From Nanobdellota archaeon (GTDB taxonomy: Archaea > Nanobdellota > Nanobdellia > Woesearchaeales > GW2011-AR4), in assembly GCA_038046385.1 (NCBI GenBank), contig JBBSWH010000014.1:1-27390 (forward strand): 27,390 nucleotides of DNA, read 5' to 3'. This document shows, in pieces, positions 25,656 through 27,390 of this stretch. Position 1 is the stretch's first letter; each line of letters starts with the position of its first letter. The position numbers and the translations under genes were made by a program. A model generated the notes under the pieces. The model saw only the letters and a list, made by a program, of their open reading frames with translations, was not told the DNA's origin and did no database searches.

Positions 25656-25991
25656 ATGAAAAACTACAGTTTCAACGAAAAAGTGTATTCTTTGCTGAGA
25701 AAAGTGCCGAAAGGGAAAGTCACAACCTACAAGGTTTTGGCAGAATCGCTTGGGACAAAAGCCTACCGCGCAGTGGGGCAGGCAATGAGATGCAATCCAT
25801 ATGCGCCAAAAGTCCCGTGCCATCGCGTTGTTGCTTCTGACGGAAAAATCGGAGGATTTATGGGTTCTCAAGATACAAAAGGCAAGGAAATCAAAAAGAA
25901 AATTTCAATGCTGAAAAAAGAAGGCATTAAAATCAAAAATAATAAAATTATTGATTTTGAAAAAAGATTAATCAGAAAAATTAAGAAATAA
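25656..25991 (+). CDS. ogt: Methylated-DNA-[protein]-cysteine S-methyltransferase (MGMT/Ogt), C-terminal domain only
   Basis: VPKGKVTTY, RAVG, NP and the active-site PCHRVV. True start is ATG 25656; the track's 25551 start runs through the tRNA. Confidence 0.9.
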   Translation: MKNYSFNEKVYSLLRKVPKGKVTTYKVLAESLGTKAYRAVGQAMRCNPYAPKVPCHRVVASDGKIGGFMGSQDTKGKEIKKKISMLKKEGIKIKNNKIIDFEKRLIRKIKK

Positions 25992-26035
25992 AAAAATTAA
26001 ATAAAAAAATAAATTAAAAAATAAATTAAAAAGAA
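25992..26035 (-). terminator. Oligo-T terminator region for tfb
   Basis: An almost pure A/T tract between convergent genes, reading as T runs on the minus strand. Confidence 0.55.
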
Positions 26036-26038
26036 AGC

Positions 26039-26965
26039 TTATCGCTTTTTCTTTTTCTTGGTCTTCTTGATTTCGTCTTCCAAGTCAAGCTCTTCCAACA
26101 GCTCTTTGTACCTGTTCCTGATTGTAACTTCTGTTACACCGGCAACATCGGCAACTTCCCTCTGCGTTCTTTTCTCGTTATGCATCAAAGCGCTAACGTA
26201 AAGGGCAGCAGCAGCTATTCCTGTTGGTCCTCTTCCTGAAGTCAGTTCAGCTTTCTGCGCTGATTCAAGTATTTCTATTGACTTTGACTGGGTTTCTGCG
26301 GACAATTTCAAAGCTGATGCGAATCTTGCGATGTAATCAGCCGGGTTTGACGGCAAAATTGTGATTCCCAATTCCCTTGTGACAAACCTGTATGTTCTTC
26401 CGACTTCTTTCTTTTCAATTCCGGAAGCTTCTGACAATTCGTCAAGTGTTCTTGGTACATCATGCCTTCTGCATGCAGCGTAAAGCGCGCCTGCAACAAC
26501 AGATTCCATGCTTCTTCCCCTAACCAGCCCTCTTTGGACTGCTAAAGTGTAAATTCTTGCTGATTCTTCTTCAACTGATTTTGGAAGCTTTAGATATGAA
26601 GAAACTCTCTTCAATTCTGCCAAAGCAAGCTTTAGGTTTCTTTCAATTGCTGTTGAAATCCTGTACTGCCATTTCCTTAATCTGAAGAATTTGTTCCTGT
26701 CCTTTCCACCAAGCCTTAGCAAGTCTGCTTTCTGCCCGACTTCTGTTCCAAGGCCCTGATCGTACTGAGTGTAAGTCATTGGAGCGCCTGATCTACGCCT
26801 CTTTTCTCCCTCTTCTGAGTCAAATTCTCTCCATTCCTGCGAGAAATCAACCATCTTCTCTTCAATTACGAGACCGCAATCTCTGCAAATGATCTCTCCC
26901 CTTTCTCTCTGCCAAGATAGGTTTATACCACTGCATTCCGGACATTTCTTAACTAGTTCAGCCAT
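26039..26965 (-). CDS. tfb: Archaeal transcription initiation factor IIB
   Basis: Zn ribbon CPECS...CRDCGLV, B-reader EWREF, two cyclin repeats (RGRSMESVVAGALYAACR; SGRGPTGIAAAALY) and VTEVTIRNRYKEL. Confidence 0.97.
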   Translation of the reverse strand: MAELVKKCPECSGINLSWQRERGEIICRDCGLVIEEKMVDFSQEWREFDSEEGEKRRRSGAPMTYTQYDQGLGTEVGQKADLLRLGGKDRNKFFRLRKWQYRISTAIERNLKLALAELKRVSSYLKLPKSVEEESARIYTLAVQRGLVRGRSMESVVAGALYAACRRHDVPRTLDELSEASGIEKKEVGRTYRFVTRELGITILPSNPADYIARFASALKLSAETQSKSIEILESAQKAELTSGRGPTGIAAAALYVSALMHNEKRTQREVADVAGVTEVTIRNRYKELLEELDLEDEIKKTKKKKKR

Positions 26966-27116
26966 TTTAGATTCACCTGCGTATTGTTTTAAAATGAAAT
27001 TTTTACCCTTAAGTAAAATTTTTTAGCTTTTCAGACCCCCGAATGAAAAGTTTTAAATATTAAACAGTGCTTGTTCTCGTGAAGAGTAACAAGATTTATA
27101 AAGAAGTAGAAAGTAG

Positions 27117-27134
27117 TTATATATAAAGCTTTCG
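27117..27134. promoter_or_regulatory. TATA element between divergent tfb and the Trm112-like gene
   Basis: The minus strand reads CGAAAG-C-TTTATATA (BRE-TATA toward tfb). The plus strand reads TTATATATAAA about 24 bp before ATG 27151. Confidence 0.55.
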
Positions 27135-27150
27135 GTTTTTTTGAACAAAA

Positions 27151-27324
27151 ATGGCAAGAAACAGCGCAAATCCTATACCTGACGAGCTATACAATATGTT
27201 AGCATGCCCAATGTGCAAAGACGATTTAAGGTATACTTCTGATAAAAAGGGACTTTCTTGTACCAAGTGCGGGACAAAATATCCGATAAAAGACGGGATT
27301 CCTGTGCTGCTGACGAAAAAATAA
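27151..27324 (+). CDS. Trm112-family zinc-ribbon protein, 57 aa; not in the ORF track
   Basis: Manual translation: MARNSANPIPDELYNMLACPMCKDDLRYTSDKKGLSCTKCGTKYPIKDGIPVLLTKK, with the LACPxCK...CxxC...YPIxDGIPVLL signature. Confidence 0.9.
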   Translation: MARNSANPIPDELYNMLACPMCKDDLRYTSDKKGLSCTKCGTKYPIKDGIPVLLTKK

Positions 27325-27339
27325 CTTATTCTTTAATGA

Positions 27340-27376
27340 ATGACCTCCTCTCGCACCCTAAAGGGTGGAGTTTCCT
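27340..27376. mobile_element. Possible IS200/IS605-family (or derived MITE) end hairpin
   Basis: CCTCCTCTCG-CACCCT-aa-AGGGTG-GAGTTTCC resembles subterminal hairpins of IS200/IS605-type elements. No transposase lies inside the window. Confidence 0.4.
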
Positions 27377-27390
27377 TTAGGTAAAAGCAA

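Noticed and set aside
251-26499. Remaining short (60-165 aa) ORFs nested in or antisense to the long genes
   Set aside because: They overlap motif-supported genes and show no independent motifs or translation signals.

Overview
Archaeal window, most consistent with a DPANN (Woesearchaeota/Pacearchaeota-like) genome: it carries TFIIB, an archaeal-type tRNA-Glu(CTC), TATA/BRE promoters and single-domain KaiC-like ATPases. Two accessory systems stand out. (1) 1-9403 is a translationally coupled, polymorphic-toxin-like array. A 5'-truncated subtilisin + Cys-rich + CARDB + alpha/beta-hydrolase (GFSNG) protein is followed by a small AT-rich membrane gene, an N-truncated second cassette with a different hydrolase C-terminus and its own membrane gene, a third truncated mosaic cassette, and a secreted CARDB/PKD-like glycoprotein. 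(2) 9480-21778 holds a small membrane protein and three KaiC-like ATPases, then a ~9.2 kb operon. The operon begins with two ribbon-helix-helix genes missed by the ORF track and continues with a 1370-aa protein that fuses an extracellular Ig/carboxypeptidase-regulatory-like stalk through a membrane helix to a cytoplasmic HerA/VirB4-like ATPase with a degenerate Walker B, a 1076-aa repeat protein with a possible enzymatic C-terminus, and two helical proteins. Three proteins in the window share one C-terminal helical motif. The remainder is an ArsR-SHOCT-DUF302-DsrE operon with a perfect 18-bp operator, a 668-aa coiled-coil gene, tRNA-Glu, an MGMT/Ogt gene, tfb, a Trm112-like gene and a possible IS200/IS605-type end hairpin. 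All family calls come from motif recognition by eye; no searches were run.
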